Source: Flavobacteriales bacterium (GTDB taxonomy: Bacteria; Bacteroidota; Bacteroidia; Palsa-965). From it: a stretch of DNA of 64,000 bases. Position 1 is the first letter of the stretch, and each line of letters opens with the position of its first letter. Shown here in pieces: positions 38,416 through 47,320 of this stretch. The notes beneath the pieces are model-generated. The model worked only from the letters and a program-made list of their open reading frames with translations. It did no database searches and was not told the DNA's origin. The stretch covers positions 5,698 through 69,697 of the forward strand of contig NSIF01000002.1 of NCBI GenBank assembly GCA_002737665.1, read 5' to 3'. The position numbers were made by a program, and so were the translations under genes.

Positions 38416-38712
38416 TCAACGTAATACAATATCATCTATTACGTTTCCTCCAGCCGATTCGTTTAGCATTACAACCATTTTTTCACGGCCGTATGAAAGT
38501 TCAGCACGCAATGCGGCAGAAGTTAATTCAACATAAAGAATACGATTGTCGATATGTAGTTTGCGGGTATATTTAGCAATTGCTGAACCCATCACTTTCT
38601 CCCATCCATTCAACAAATTCACCTCATCAACTTTCCCCTGCAACCTATATGTGTGCATCATATCTTGAATTGCCTGCTTTATAGTAAACTCATTTCCTCT
38701 TTTTGCACACAT
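38416..38712 (-). CDS. DUF721 (DciA-like) protein
   Basis: 98 aa. WEKVMG...ILYVELTSAALRAELSYGREKMVVMLNE...IDDIVLR matches my recollection of Bacteroidota DUF721 proteins. DUF721 is the DciA helicase-operator family. Confidence 0.6.
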   Translation of the reverse strand: MCAKRGNEFTIKQAIQDMMHTYRLQGKVDEVNLLNGWEKVMGSAIAKYTRKLHIDNRILYVELTSAALRAELSYGREKMVVMLNESAGGNVIDDIVLR

Positions 38713-38822
38713 ATTTTTTCGTTAATTAAACATTGTAAAGGTAAGGACCATTACACAGAAAATATTTACCTATTTTATTTTATTTATGGAATAAAGTTTA
38801 TATTGAATAAGATGTTATTAAA

Positions 38823-38992
38823 ATATCCCGCCACCAACGGGGCTTTGAAACAATTTAACTTTGGTTTTTCTACCAAGATCTCGTCCCTACGTAACTTAAA
38901 TATGGTCTTTATTAAGCATAGACCTTGGTGGATGTTGATTTCTACCAAGATGTCGACTCTCTAGTATTAGAAGCCCCGTAGGGGCGACATAT
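38823..38992. other. GC-enriched structured element (candidate ncRNA or miniature inverted-repeat element)
   Basis: Long-range complementarity: atat/cgcc/cggggctt (38823-38845) pairs with aagccccg/ggcg/atat (38971-38992). The helix encloses three local hairpins and a 13-nt direct repeat tttctaccaagat at 38867-38879 and 38939-38951. Confidence 0.4.
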
Positions 38993-39184
38993 GGATTTTA
39001 TTCTTAAATTTTTATTCGGTATAAACGCTATTAAAATTAAAAGTTTTCCAACTATTGATTAAAAGTAAATTCTTATTGTTAAATAAATTAATAATATCAG
39101 AAATAAAGGGTGGAAAAAACGTCAGTATAACACCTATTTCTTGAAAAATTTGTACATTAGCGGAATTGATAAACTATTGAAATT

Positions 39185-41170
39185 ATGAAAAAGTCAATAA
39201 TTCTATTTGTTTTTGTATTAATTGCAATTCCTGTATTTTCGCAAGTTGCAAATAATGCGGATGATAATTATATTGATTCCTTAGCAGGTTTTCATGCAGA
39301 TTTAGCCCTAATTCATTCGGGAGAAGCGCATGAAGCAGCTGAAGCTGAAAACCAAATAGCTCTTGCAAAACGCGACTTTATTAATAAGAAATTTTCTTTA
39401 GGAATATACAAAGAGGGCTATGTTCCAAGCAATTGGAGACAACACAATCCGGTTTTCCCGGTAGCTGCCTGTACTAACGTTGATTTTGAAACGGGTGATT
39501 TTACAGGTTGGGCTGGAGCTATTGGTGACAATAATGTAAATTCATTTAATCCTCTTTCAAATATTCAAAATGGTATTTTCAGCACAGTAACAAATGACTT
39601 ACTGAGTAATGCAAATGCACGACATACCGTGATGACAACCGCATTCGGCCCCGATCCAAATGGAGGTTTTCCTGTAGTTCCACCTATCAACGGGGGCATT
39701 TACTCAATTCGATTAGGAGGAACAACCCCAAACTACCAAGGTGAGTATATTGAGCAAACCTTCACCGTTTCACCAACATCAACAAGTTTTGCGTATCAAT
39801 ATGCTTGTGTATTAAATGACGGACTACATCCACCAAGCCAACAGCCCTATTTCAGAATTGAGGTATTGGATCAGAATGGACAACCAATCTCAAATTGTAC
39901 TCAGCTAAACGTTACAGCTGGTGTGAATGCACTACAACAAGGATTTTTTCAAAGTACCTTGGACCAATATGTTTTTTACAAGCCCTGGACAACCGTAAAT
40001 TTTGACTTAACAGCATTTGTGAATCAAAGTGTAACTGTTCGTTTTACTGTAGCAGGTTGCACTCAAAGTGGGCATTGGGGATATGCTTACATTGATTGTT
40101 CGTGTTCTGCACTTGCAGCATCAATTAACTTCTGTCCTGGTAACCCATTTTTATTATTATCAGCTCCAAGCGGCTACGGACAATACCAATGGCTCGACCC
40201 AAATCAAGTTCCAATACCAGGCGCTACTAATGACTCACTTTTAGTTAATAATCCTGTTGTTGGCGACACATTCTATGTGTACCTAGTTTCTGGTATTGAT
40301 ACCTCATGTCACAATGTATTACCAGTAGTATTACAGTACACTCAAATTTACACCAACGCAACTTCGATTGATGCGTCTTGCTATGGTGTTTATGACGGAT
40401 CAGCCACTACTGTTGGTTCATCAGGAATTCTTCCATACACGTATGCTTGGAATACTGCTCCACCACAGAATACGCAATCCTTAAATAACCTAGGGCCTGG
40501 AACTTATATTATTCACATGACAGATTCCCTTGGATGCCAAGCGTACGATACCATTGTCATTTTTATGCCACCAAGACAAGATACTTCTTCTATTATTTAT
40601 ACATTCTGTCCTGGTGACCCTGATGTTTTATTGACTGCCCCACTTGGATATAATTTTTATACTTGGATCGGGCCGAATGGAGACACTATTCCAAACAACT
40701 CCAACAGCATAACAATAACAGGGCCACAAGTAGGTACTGAATACACCTGTGTACTTTGGTCGCCACCAGCTTGTCGAGTTTATGACTCCATCATATTGAA
40801 TTTGGTTCCACCTGTAAATTTCTTTAAACCAGATTCAACTACGAATGTATTCACACCAAATGGAGATTTGCAAAATGATAATTTTTATCCCTATTTCGAC
40901 TTATCAATAGCTCAACAAGTCATATCACCAATTCAACCTGCATATAACTTTATGGATTTATACATAAATATGTATGAAATTTGGATTTATGACAGATGGG
41001 GAATTGAAGTGTTTTATGCTAATGATTATAATTTGGGATGGAACGGAAAAAATTCAAAAGGAACCGAATGCACAGACGGTGTTTACTATTGGGTTAGTCA
41101 TATGACATCGCGTTGTTCTGAAGAAACAACACCTACAGTTTCCAAAGGGTTTGTTCATTTAATCAGGTAA
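39185..41170 (+). CDS. Large secreted protein with SprB-type repeat and gliding-motility-associated (T9SS type B) C-terminal domain
   Basis: 661 aa with a signal peptide. It has two internally duplicated modules (FCPGNPFLLLSAPSGYGQYQWLDPN / FCPGDPDVLLTAPLGYNFYTWIGPN), CYGVYDGSATT (SprB-like repeat), and a C-terminal FTPNGDLQNDNFYP ... WNGKNSKGTECTDGVYYWV (CHU_C/type B CTD). Confidence 0.7.
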   Translation: MKKSIILFVFVLIAIPVFSQVANNADDNYIDSLAGFHADLALIHSGEAHEAAEAENQIALAKRDFINKKFSLGIYKEGYVPSNWRQHNPVFPVAACTNVDFETGDFTGWAGAIGDNNVNSFNPLSNIQNGIFSTVTNDLLSNANARHTVMTTAFGPDPNGGFPVVPPINGGIYSIRLGGTTPNYQGEYIEQTFTVSPTSTSFAYQYACVLNDGLHPPSQQPYFRIEVLDQNGQPISNCTQLNVTAGVNALQQGFFQSTLDQYVFYKPWTTVNFDLTAFVNQSVTVRFTVAGCTQSGHWGYAYIDCSCSALAASINFCPGNPFLLLSAPSGYGQYQWLDPNQVPIPGATNDSLLVNNPVVGDTFYVYLVSGIDTSCHNVLPVVLQYTQIYTNATSIDASCYGVYDGSATTVGSSGILPYTYAWNTAPPQNTQSLNNLGPGTYIIHMTDSLGCQAYDTIVIFMPPRQDTSSIIYTFCPGDPDVLLTAPLGYNFYTWIGPNGDTIPNNSNSITITGPQVGTEYTCVLWSPPACRVYDSIILNLVPPVNFFKPDSTTNVFTPNGDLQNDNFYPYFDLSIAQQVISPIQPAYNFMDLYINMYEIWIYDRWGIEVFYANDYNLGWNGKNSKGTECTDGVYYWVSHMTSRCSEETTPTVSKGFVHLIR

Positions 41171-41202
41171 ACACTCCACAAAAATTTAGTGTAACACGCA
41201 TT

Positions 41203-41240
41203 AACTAAAAAGTCCCCTTCAACGAGGGGACTTTTTAGTT
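41203..41240 (+). terminator. Rho-independent terminator after the gliding-CTD protein gene
   Basis: Perfect stem aactaaaaagtcccct / aggggactttttagtt with loop tcaacg. The T-run lies within and after the 3' arm. Confidence 0.8.
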
Positions 41241-41285
41241 AAAGTATACTCCGAAATCGAATACATTCATTTGTTATTTTAATTT

Positions 41286-41299
41286 TTAGACAAGCCTAA
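41286..41299. promoter_or_regulatory. Possible DtxR/MntR-type operator half-palindrome (TTAGACAAGCCTAA)
   Basis: TTAG...CTAA arms with an AGCCTAA core resemble the DtxR/IdeR box TTAGGTTAGCCTAACCTAA (about 12/19 by my alignment). It lies just upstream of the putative -33/-7 elements of mntR. Confidence 0.25.
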
Positions 41300-41328
41300 T
41301 TTATTTTTTTTGTTAATTTAAAAAATTG

Positions 41329-41336
41329 TATCTTTG
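41329..41336 (+). promoter_or_regulatory. Candidate -7 box (TATCTTTG) for mntR-mntH
   Basis: Exact TAnnTTTG match, 8 nt upstream of the ATG at 41345. A TTG lies 16 nt upstream of the box. Confidence 0.45.
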
Positions 41337-41344
41337 ATGTAGCA

Positions 41345-42010
41345 ATGCAAACATTATCAGAAGAAAACTATTTAAAAGCAATTTGGAAACTCGTTGAGAA
41401 TTCTGGAGTTGCTGTATCTACAAATGAAATTGCTGCGTCCGTACAAACGAGCCCAGCATCTGTCACTGATATGCTAAAAAAATTAGCAGATAAAAAACTG
41501 ATCAGTTACCAACGTTACAGAGGGGTTACATTAAGTGCTAAAGGTAGAAGTGTGGCAATTGAAGTTGTGCGAAAACACAGACTATGGGAAGTGTTTCTTG
41601 TTCAACAATTAGGTTTTAAATGGGATGAAGTGCATGACATAGCCGAGCAATTAGAGCACATCCGTTCAAATGAACTCACCGAAAAGCTCGACAAATACCT
41701 CGGTTTCCCAAAAACAGATCCACATGGTGATCCTATCCCAGATAAAACCGGAAAAATATCTGAACTGCACCAAATTCCACTTTCCAAATTAGAAAAAGGC
41801 AAAAAGGGAATTATGACTGGAGTCGCAGATCACAGTACGCAATTTCTTCAGTTGCTCGATAAACATGGAATACATTTAGGAGACTCCATTGAAATCAAAG
41901 AAACGACAGCATACGATTTATCGATTGCTATTGCTGTGAATAAAAAAAAGACTATTCATATTTCAAATTCAGTTTCAAAAAATATCATGGTTAGCAAAAA
42001 TAAATCTTAA
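41345..42010 (+). CDS. mntR: DtxR/MntR-family metal-dependent transcriptional repressor with FeoA/SH3-like C-terminal domain
   Basis: 221 aa. Carries SEENYLKAIWKL, an HTH (TNEIAASVQTSPASVTDMLKKL), RKHRLWEVFL and the metal-site motif EVHDIAEQLEH...DPHGDPIP. Confidence 0.8.
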   Translation: MQTLSEENYLKAIWKLVENSGVAVSTNEIAASVQTSPASVTDMLKKLADKKLISYQRYRGVTLSAKGRSVAIEVVRKHRLWEVFLVQQLGFKWDEVHDIAEQLEHIRSNELTEKLDKYLGFPKTDPHGDPIPDKTGKISELHQIPLSKLEKGKKGIMTGVADHSTQFLQLLDKHGIHLGDSIEIKETTAYDLSIAIAVNKKKTIHISNSVSKNIMVSKNKS

Positions 42011-42025
42011 TTATTTCAATTTGAA

Positions 42026-43903
42026 ATGACCGCACAACGGAAATCATTAGATGAAGTTTATGGCACTGTAGACACTACGAAGCACAAAAGTGCATGGCGT
42101 AGACTACTTGCTTTTTTGGGTCCTGCCTACCTCATCAGCGTTGGCTACATGGATCCAGGAAATTGGGCTACTGACATTGCAGGAGGAAGCCAATTTGGCT
42201 ACACATTAATTTGGGTATTGGTACTTTCCAATTTAATGGCGCTGTTGTTACAAAGTTTAAGTGCTCGACTTGGTTTAGCATCAGGATTAGATCTTGCACA
42301 AGCTTCAAGAGCACATTATCCCAAAGGAGTAAACTTTATTCTATGGATTCTTGCCGAAATTGCAATTGCGGCCTGTGACTTGGCGGAAGTAATTGGAATG
42401 GCAATTGGGTTACAATTACTTTTTGGCTTATCCCTTTTAACAGGTGTAGTAATAACAGTTTTCGATACGTTCCTCCTACTTATACTTCAACAATTTGGAA
42501 TTCGAAAAATGGAAGCTTTTATTATTGGTTTGGTATGTGTTATTGGAATGGCCTTTGTGGCAGAATTATGGTTTGTAAAACCATCAATTGGTGGAATATT
42601 TTTAGGATTAAAACCAATCATACCAAATGATGCCGCACTTTATATTACCATTGGTATTATTGGTGCTACAGTAATGCCACATAACTTGTATTTACATTCG
42701 GCACTTGTTCAAACCCGCAGAATAGGTCGCAGCCCAAAAAATATTTGGGAAGCTATTAAGTTCAATGTTATAGATTCATTTATTGCACTCAACCTTGCTC
42801 TTTTTGTAAATGCAGCTATTTTAATTCTTGCCGCTGCTGCGTTTTACAACCATGGCTTACACCAAGTAACTTCCATTAATGAAGCACACAATTTATTAGG
42901 CGATACACTAGGTTCCAAGCTAGCGCCAACACTATTTGCTATTGCCTTAATTGCTGCTGGACAAAGTTCCACCTTAACAGGAACGCTATCGGGTCAAATA
43001 GTAATGGAAGGATACTTAAACCTTCGTATGCAACCATGGTTAAGAAGATTAATTACACGATTAGTAGCAATTATTCCTGCAGTTCTTACACTTTTGTATT
43101 TTGGCGAAGCAAAAATGGAGAAATTGCTAATTTTAAGTCAAGTAATTTTAAGTTTACAACTAGGATTTGCAGTAATTCCTTTAATTCACTTTGTAAGCAA
43201 TAAAAAACTAATGGGAGAATTTGTAGCAACAAAATGGTTGATTATTCCAGCTTGGATTTCAGCAGCAATTATTGTTGGACTTAATGGGAAATTAGTGTAC
43301 GCAACAATTGAGGAATGGATTAATGCAAGTGCTAATCCAATAGTTATATGGATTACAGTAGTTCCAATTACGATAGCCATATTTATTTTACTATTTTGGA
43401 TTACAGTTCGTCCATTAATTGGAAAGGCATTCATTAGAAAAAATTCTCGTCCGCATGAAATTGCCGCTGAACTAACAATTTCTGTAAAAGAAAATTATAA
43501 TAGAATTGCAGTATGTGTCGATTTTTCATCGATTGATGAAGAGGCCCTGAGTAGAGCAATTCAACAAGGTGGTAAACAAGCAACCTATTTATTAATTCAC
43601 ATAACAGAAACAGCTGGCGCACGAGTAATGAATAGTGAGACAGGCGACTTTGAAACTGAATTTGATGAAAAGGGACTCAAAAAATATGCTGAGAAATTGG
43701 AAAGTAGTGGATACAAAACAGAAACCTCTCTTGGATTTGGGAATCCCAAAATAACTATTCCGGAAATCGTTAATAATGCAAACATAGATTTACTTGTAAT
43801 AGGTGCACACGGCCATCGTTTCTTAAAAGATTTAATTTTAGGAACGACAGTAGAAAAAGTAAGGCATCGTGTAAAAGTACCCGTGCTTATTGTAAGAAAA
43901 TAA
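42026..43903 (+). CDS. mntH: Nramp-family divalent metal:proton transporter fused to a C-terminal universal stress protein (UspA) domain
   Basis: 625 aa. Nramp motifs are GPAYLISVGYMDPGNWATDI and ATVMPHNLYLHSA, across about 11 TM helices. The C-terminal ~135 aa is USP-like (IAVCVDFS ... LLVIGAHGHRFLKDLILGTTVEKVRHRVKVPVLIV). Confidence 0.85.
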   Translation: MTAQRKSLDEVYGTVDTTKHKSAWRRLLAFLGPAYLISVGYMDPGNWATDIAGGSQFGYTLIWVLVLSNLMALLLQSLSARLGLASGLDLAQASRAHYPKGVNFILWILAEIAIAACDLAEVIGMAIGLQLLFGLSLLTGVVITVFDTFLLLILQQFGIRKMEAFIIGLVCVIGMAFVAELWFVKPSIGGIFLGLKPIIPNDAALYITIGIIGATVMPHNLYLHSALVQTRRIGRSPKNIWEAIKFNVIDSFIALNLALFVNAAILILAAAAFYNHGLHQVTSINEAHNLLGDTLGSKLAPTLFAIALIAAGQSSTLTGTLSGQIVMEGYLNLRMQPWLRRLITRLVAIIPAVLTLLYFGEAKMEKLLILSQVILSLQLGFAVIPLIHFVSNKKLMGEFVATKWLIIPAWISAAIIVGLNGKLVYATIEEWINASANPIVIWITVVPITIAIFILLFWITVRPLIGKAFIRKNSRPHEIAAELTISVKENYNRIAVCVDFSSIDEEALSRAIQQGGKQATYLLIHITETAGARVMNSETGDFETEFDEKGLKKYAEKLESSGYKTETSLGFGNPKITIPEIVNNANIDLLVIGAHGHRFLKDLILGTTVEKVRHRVKVPVLIVRK

Positions 43904-43912
43904 ATATCAATA

Positions 43913-45031
43913 ATGGATAGCAACAACCAAGACTCCTCGCAAGAAGAAAATCCTATTCCAATAAAAAGAAAGTCATTTAGTTGGGCATTGATTCCAAAAG
44001 GCGATTATTTCTTTACGCCAATTATTCTTTGCATCAATATTTCCGTTTTTATTTTAATGATCTTTACTGGAGTGAGTGCTTTCATTCCCTCCGCTAATTC
44101 ATTGATAACATGGGGAGCAAATTACAGACCACTGACAATGGGAGCTGAACCCTGGAGACTATTTACATCCATGTTTTTACACTTTGGGATAATCCACTTA
44201 GCAGCAAATATGTTTGCGCTTTTTAGCATTGGAAAAATACTTGAACCATTTATTGGAAGATGGAGATTTTTTATACTTTACCTATTAGCTGGATTAGGCG
44301 GAAACGCTGTGAGTTTATGGTGGCATCAAAACGACCCAAGTGTTTCCGCTGGGGCTTCCGGTGCCATATTTGGATTGTTTGGAGTTTTGACAGCATTGCT
44401 TACCACAAATTTGATTGATGCAACAGTTAGAAAAAGTTTAATGAAGAGCATGTCAACTGCTATAACATTAAACTTATTAATTGGACTTTATGCAGGAATT
44501 GACAACTCTGCACATTTAGGAGGATTACTCACTGGCGCAATGGGTGGATGGTTGTGTTATTTTGATTTAAAATCCTTTTATGAAAATCAATCAAGAAAAT
44601 ATACTGGTCTACTAATTACAGCATTGGTAACAATTGGAATTGTGGTTTTTTTCTGGATGATCATACCGAACAATTTACCAATTACAAAAAACGAAGTATT
44701 GTTTGAACATTACACAATTGAAGAAAAAAATTCAATTGAGTTTATAGATAAAATTGACTCATCCACAACGGCCGAACAAATTCAAAGTAAAGCAGTTATC
44801 CCATGGCAACACAATCTAACAATAGTAGATTCCATAAAACAAAATGGTTTAAATGAAGATGGCGAAATGTATTTTAATCAATTACGAATTTACACACTGC
44901 TTAGACTGAAAGGAGCGGATGAGTATTTCCGTGCAGCAAAGGAAAACCGTATAGATTTACGAGATAGCGCAAGAAAAAGCATGACTAAAGCCGATGAAAT
45001 CATTTTAGATTTACAGGAAAAAATAAAATAA
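43913..45031 (+). CDS. Rhomboid-family intramembrane serine protease with C-terminal soluble extension
   Basis: 372 aa. Carries WRLFTSMFLHFGIIHLAANM, the catalytic GASGAIFGLFG and HLGGLLTG, followed by about 110 extra residues after the last TM helix. Confidence 0.8.
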   Translation: MDSNNQDSSQEENPIPIKRKSFSWALIPKGDYFFTPIILCINISVFILMIFTGVSAFIPSANSLITWGANYRPLTMGAEPWRLFTSMFLHFGIIHLAANMFALFSIGKILEPFIGRWRFFILYLLAGLGGNAVSLWWHQNDPSVSAGASGAIFGLFGVLTALLTTNLIDATVRKSLMKSMSTAITLNLLIGLYAGIDNSAHLGGLLTGAMGGWLCYFDLKSFYENQSRKYTGLLITALVTIGIVVFFWMIIPNNLPITKNEVLFEHYTIEEKNSIEFIDKIDSSTTAEQIQSKAVIPWQHNLTIVDSIKQNGLNEDGEMYFNQLRIYTLLRLKGADEYFRAAKENRIDLRDSARKSMTKADEIILDLQEKIK

Positions 45032-45065
45032 CAATTAGTGCTCAAAAATAATTACAAAAAATTAA

Positions 45066-47318
45066 TTACTTTTTATTTTTTTCTGTTGGTTTCGTAAGCT
45101 GAACGGATTCCGGTTCCTCCCCTATTTTTGCTTTTTTAATTCCAAATAATCGATAAGCAAATAATTTTCCTCCATCTTGAATTTCATCCACTGGTACAAC
45201 CAAAGTACCAACAGATAGTATATTAATACCACCGGCATTTCTAACAACATAATCAATTATTATTTTGTCATTCAACTCGCTTGATTCAAATTCAACAACT
45301 GGAACATCCTGAGCATTAGTAAAAACAAGATTACAGTTTTTTAAATCTTCAATGATGCGTTGTCTGGGCTTTCCGGATCCAATATTAGCAGCAACAACAC
45401 TAAAAATAATTGAACTAATTGTCATTCCAAATAAAGGCAAATAAACAACAACAGATCTTACATTAATTCTTCCAGCTTTTTTTAGTTGGTAAAGTATGAA
45501 TGAAAACAGTAAGCCCATCAGTCCAAAAGTCAAAGCTAAAATGCCAATCACATGACTTCCTGTTCCTTCTACATCACCTACTAATCGAAATTCCATTTGC
45601 AAATTAGTAGGTGGAACAAGCTGAGGAAAAGTTTCATACATTTTAATTGTCCAATACCTTTTTACACTCTCTTTTGAACTTGCCAAAGCCATTCCTTCAT
45701 ATGTACGAGCCAACAATAATTTCTGATAAGGATCATCTATTTCTGGATCGGCCAAAACTTCTTCAAAATAGCGAATTGCCTCCTCCTCATTTCCTTCAGC
45801 TAAATAAAACTTACCTAAGGCGTACCTAAAATATTTTTTAATCTTTGGACGCTTATCATTTTGAATAAAATTTTTATAAATATCAATAAAATATTTATTT
45901 CCGAAACCTTCAATAACATTGACAGTTTCGTCAAAGTTGATTAAATTTTCACTTGCAAAAAGTGGGTAAATAACATTTTTACGTTCAGGATTCCCAGCCA
46001 AAAGAGCAGCTAACATCAACTTGTCATTATTGATTTTAAATGAATAATTAATGTATTTATACCAATTCACAGGATTGCACCAAAAATACCATTCATCATT
46101 TTCAAAAAAGAAATCTTGCTTAAATTGATGACCATTAACATAATTCAATGTAGCAACAGCGTTGGTATATTGCTCTTGGCCCCAAGTTGTACCAATGTGT
46201 AATTCATCAAAAGAACTCGCTCTATTAACCCGACTCTGACTTTCAGAAGTCAATCCCTCATAGCGTAAAGCGCGAGCTAATGCAATTGAGTGCCACCCGT
46301 ATCCAGGTGTACCTTGCGTCTGATCAACCACTTTTTTCAATAAAGTATCAGCATCTTCTGGATGACCCCGATAAACATCTAATGTCCCACGCATATAAAA
46401 ATATTCGCGTGTTTGTTTTTCGCGAGAGCCATCTCGATCTTCCGCCTCATGGAAATATTTATCTGCTTCATCAAATTCTCCAAGAACAAGTTTGAACTCT
46501 GCATAATTATTGCTACTGTAATAGCCAGACCTAATTAACTCATCATAATAAAAATTAGCAGAATCTATTTCTAAACTATAATCAAATAAGATTGCTTTGT
46601 AATGATAGGTATAGAGATATTGTTGGTCGATGAAGGAATTCGCAAATAAACCTGCATTCAAATCGCCATCCCTTTTAAGTTTAATAAGCGAAGAATCTAA
46701 ATACTTATACGCCATCGAAACATTTTCCTCAACTGTATTTTTTAGAAAAGGAAATAACTTAGAAGTATACATTCTATTTCGATGATATATCCATGCCAAG
46801 GAATTCAAAGACTCTAGTCCTTTTTCTATTTGAAAATTACGATCACGAACTCGAAGCAATGTTTCATAGGACTTTTGTGGATTTTCAATATTCTGATAAC
46901 TCTTTTCCAACCAAAACGCAAGCTCACAGTAATCGTTGTGATATTGGTTAACACTCAAATATTTATATATATCACTTGTGCGAGTTCGAAGCTGTGCATC
47001 AAAATCCTTTTCAATTAGGTACATCGCTTTTTCCAAATCTGTAATGGCCAAACCAAAACCTAACTTATCATTGGCACGAAAATATTTAAATCCACCACTA
47101 CACATATAGCCAATGTAATAGGTTGAGTCTGCTCGAATAAATCCTCTTGCCTTTTCCAACGTTTTTTCATCCTCATAATCCAAATATCTAAAATCGTCTT
47201 CAATTCCTTTACGAATACTAGACTGAGCAAACGTTACAATCTGGAACAGCCAGAAACACAAAATAAAGATTGCACGTAACAATCGTAATGACAGAAAAGA
47301 TTTAATTTGAAAATTCAT
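45066..47318 (-). CDS. Hypothetical 750-aa protein: signal peptide, long helical/TPR-like ectodomain, two TM helices, short tail (last gene of the MoxR operon)
   Basis: N-terminal hydrophobic signal (ILCFWLFQIVTFAQ), Tyr/Asn/Glu-rich helical-repeat-like sequence, TM helices VIGILALTFGLMGLLFSFILY and VVYLPLFGMTISSIIFSVVAA. No family motif recognised. It starts 2 nt after the MoxR stop. Confidence 0.6.
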   Translation of the reverse strand: MNFQIKSFLSLRLLRAIFILCFWLFQIVTFAQSSIRKGIEDDFRYLDYEDEKTLEKARGFIRADSTYYIGYMCSGGFKYFRANDKLGFGLAITDLEKAMYLIEKDFDAQLRTRTSDIYKYLSVNQYHNDYCELAFWLEKSYQNIENPQKSYETLLRVRDRNFQIEKGLESLNSLAWIYHRNRMYTSKLFPFLKNTVEENVSMAYKYLDSSLIKLKRDGDLNAGLFANSFIDQQYLYTYHYKAILFDYSLEIDSANFYYDELIRSGYYSSNNYAEFKLVLGEFDEADKYFHEAEDRDGSREKQTREYFYMRGTLDVYRGHPEDADTLLKKVVDQTQGTPGYGWHSIALARALRYEGLTSESQSRVNRASSFDELHIGTTWGQEQYTNAVATLNYVNGHQFKQDFFFENDEWYFWCNPVNWYKYINYSFKINNDKLMLAALLAGNPERKNVIYPLFASENLINFDETVNVIEGFGNKYFIDIYKNFIQNDKRPKIKKYFRYALGKFYLAEGNEEEAIRYFEEVLADPEIDDPYQKLLLARTYEGMALASSKESVKRYWTIKMYETFPQLVPPTNLQMEFRLVGDVEGTGSHVIGILALTFGLMGLLFSFILYQLKKAGRINVRSVVVYLPLFGMTISSIIFSVVAANIGSGKPRQRIIEDLKNCNLVFTNAQDVPVVEFESSELNDKIIIDYVVRNAGGINILSVGTLVVPVDEIQDGGKLFAYRLFGIKKAKIGEEPESVQLTKPTEKNKK

Positions 47319-47320
47319 GA

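Noticed and set aside
38653-38964. 103-aa plus-strand ORF spanning the DUF721 start and the structured intergenic element
   Set aside because: It overlaps the start of a well-supported gene, has low-complexity hydrophobic content and no motifs. The open frame is better explained by the non-coding element described in the findings.
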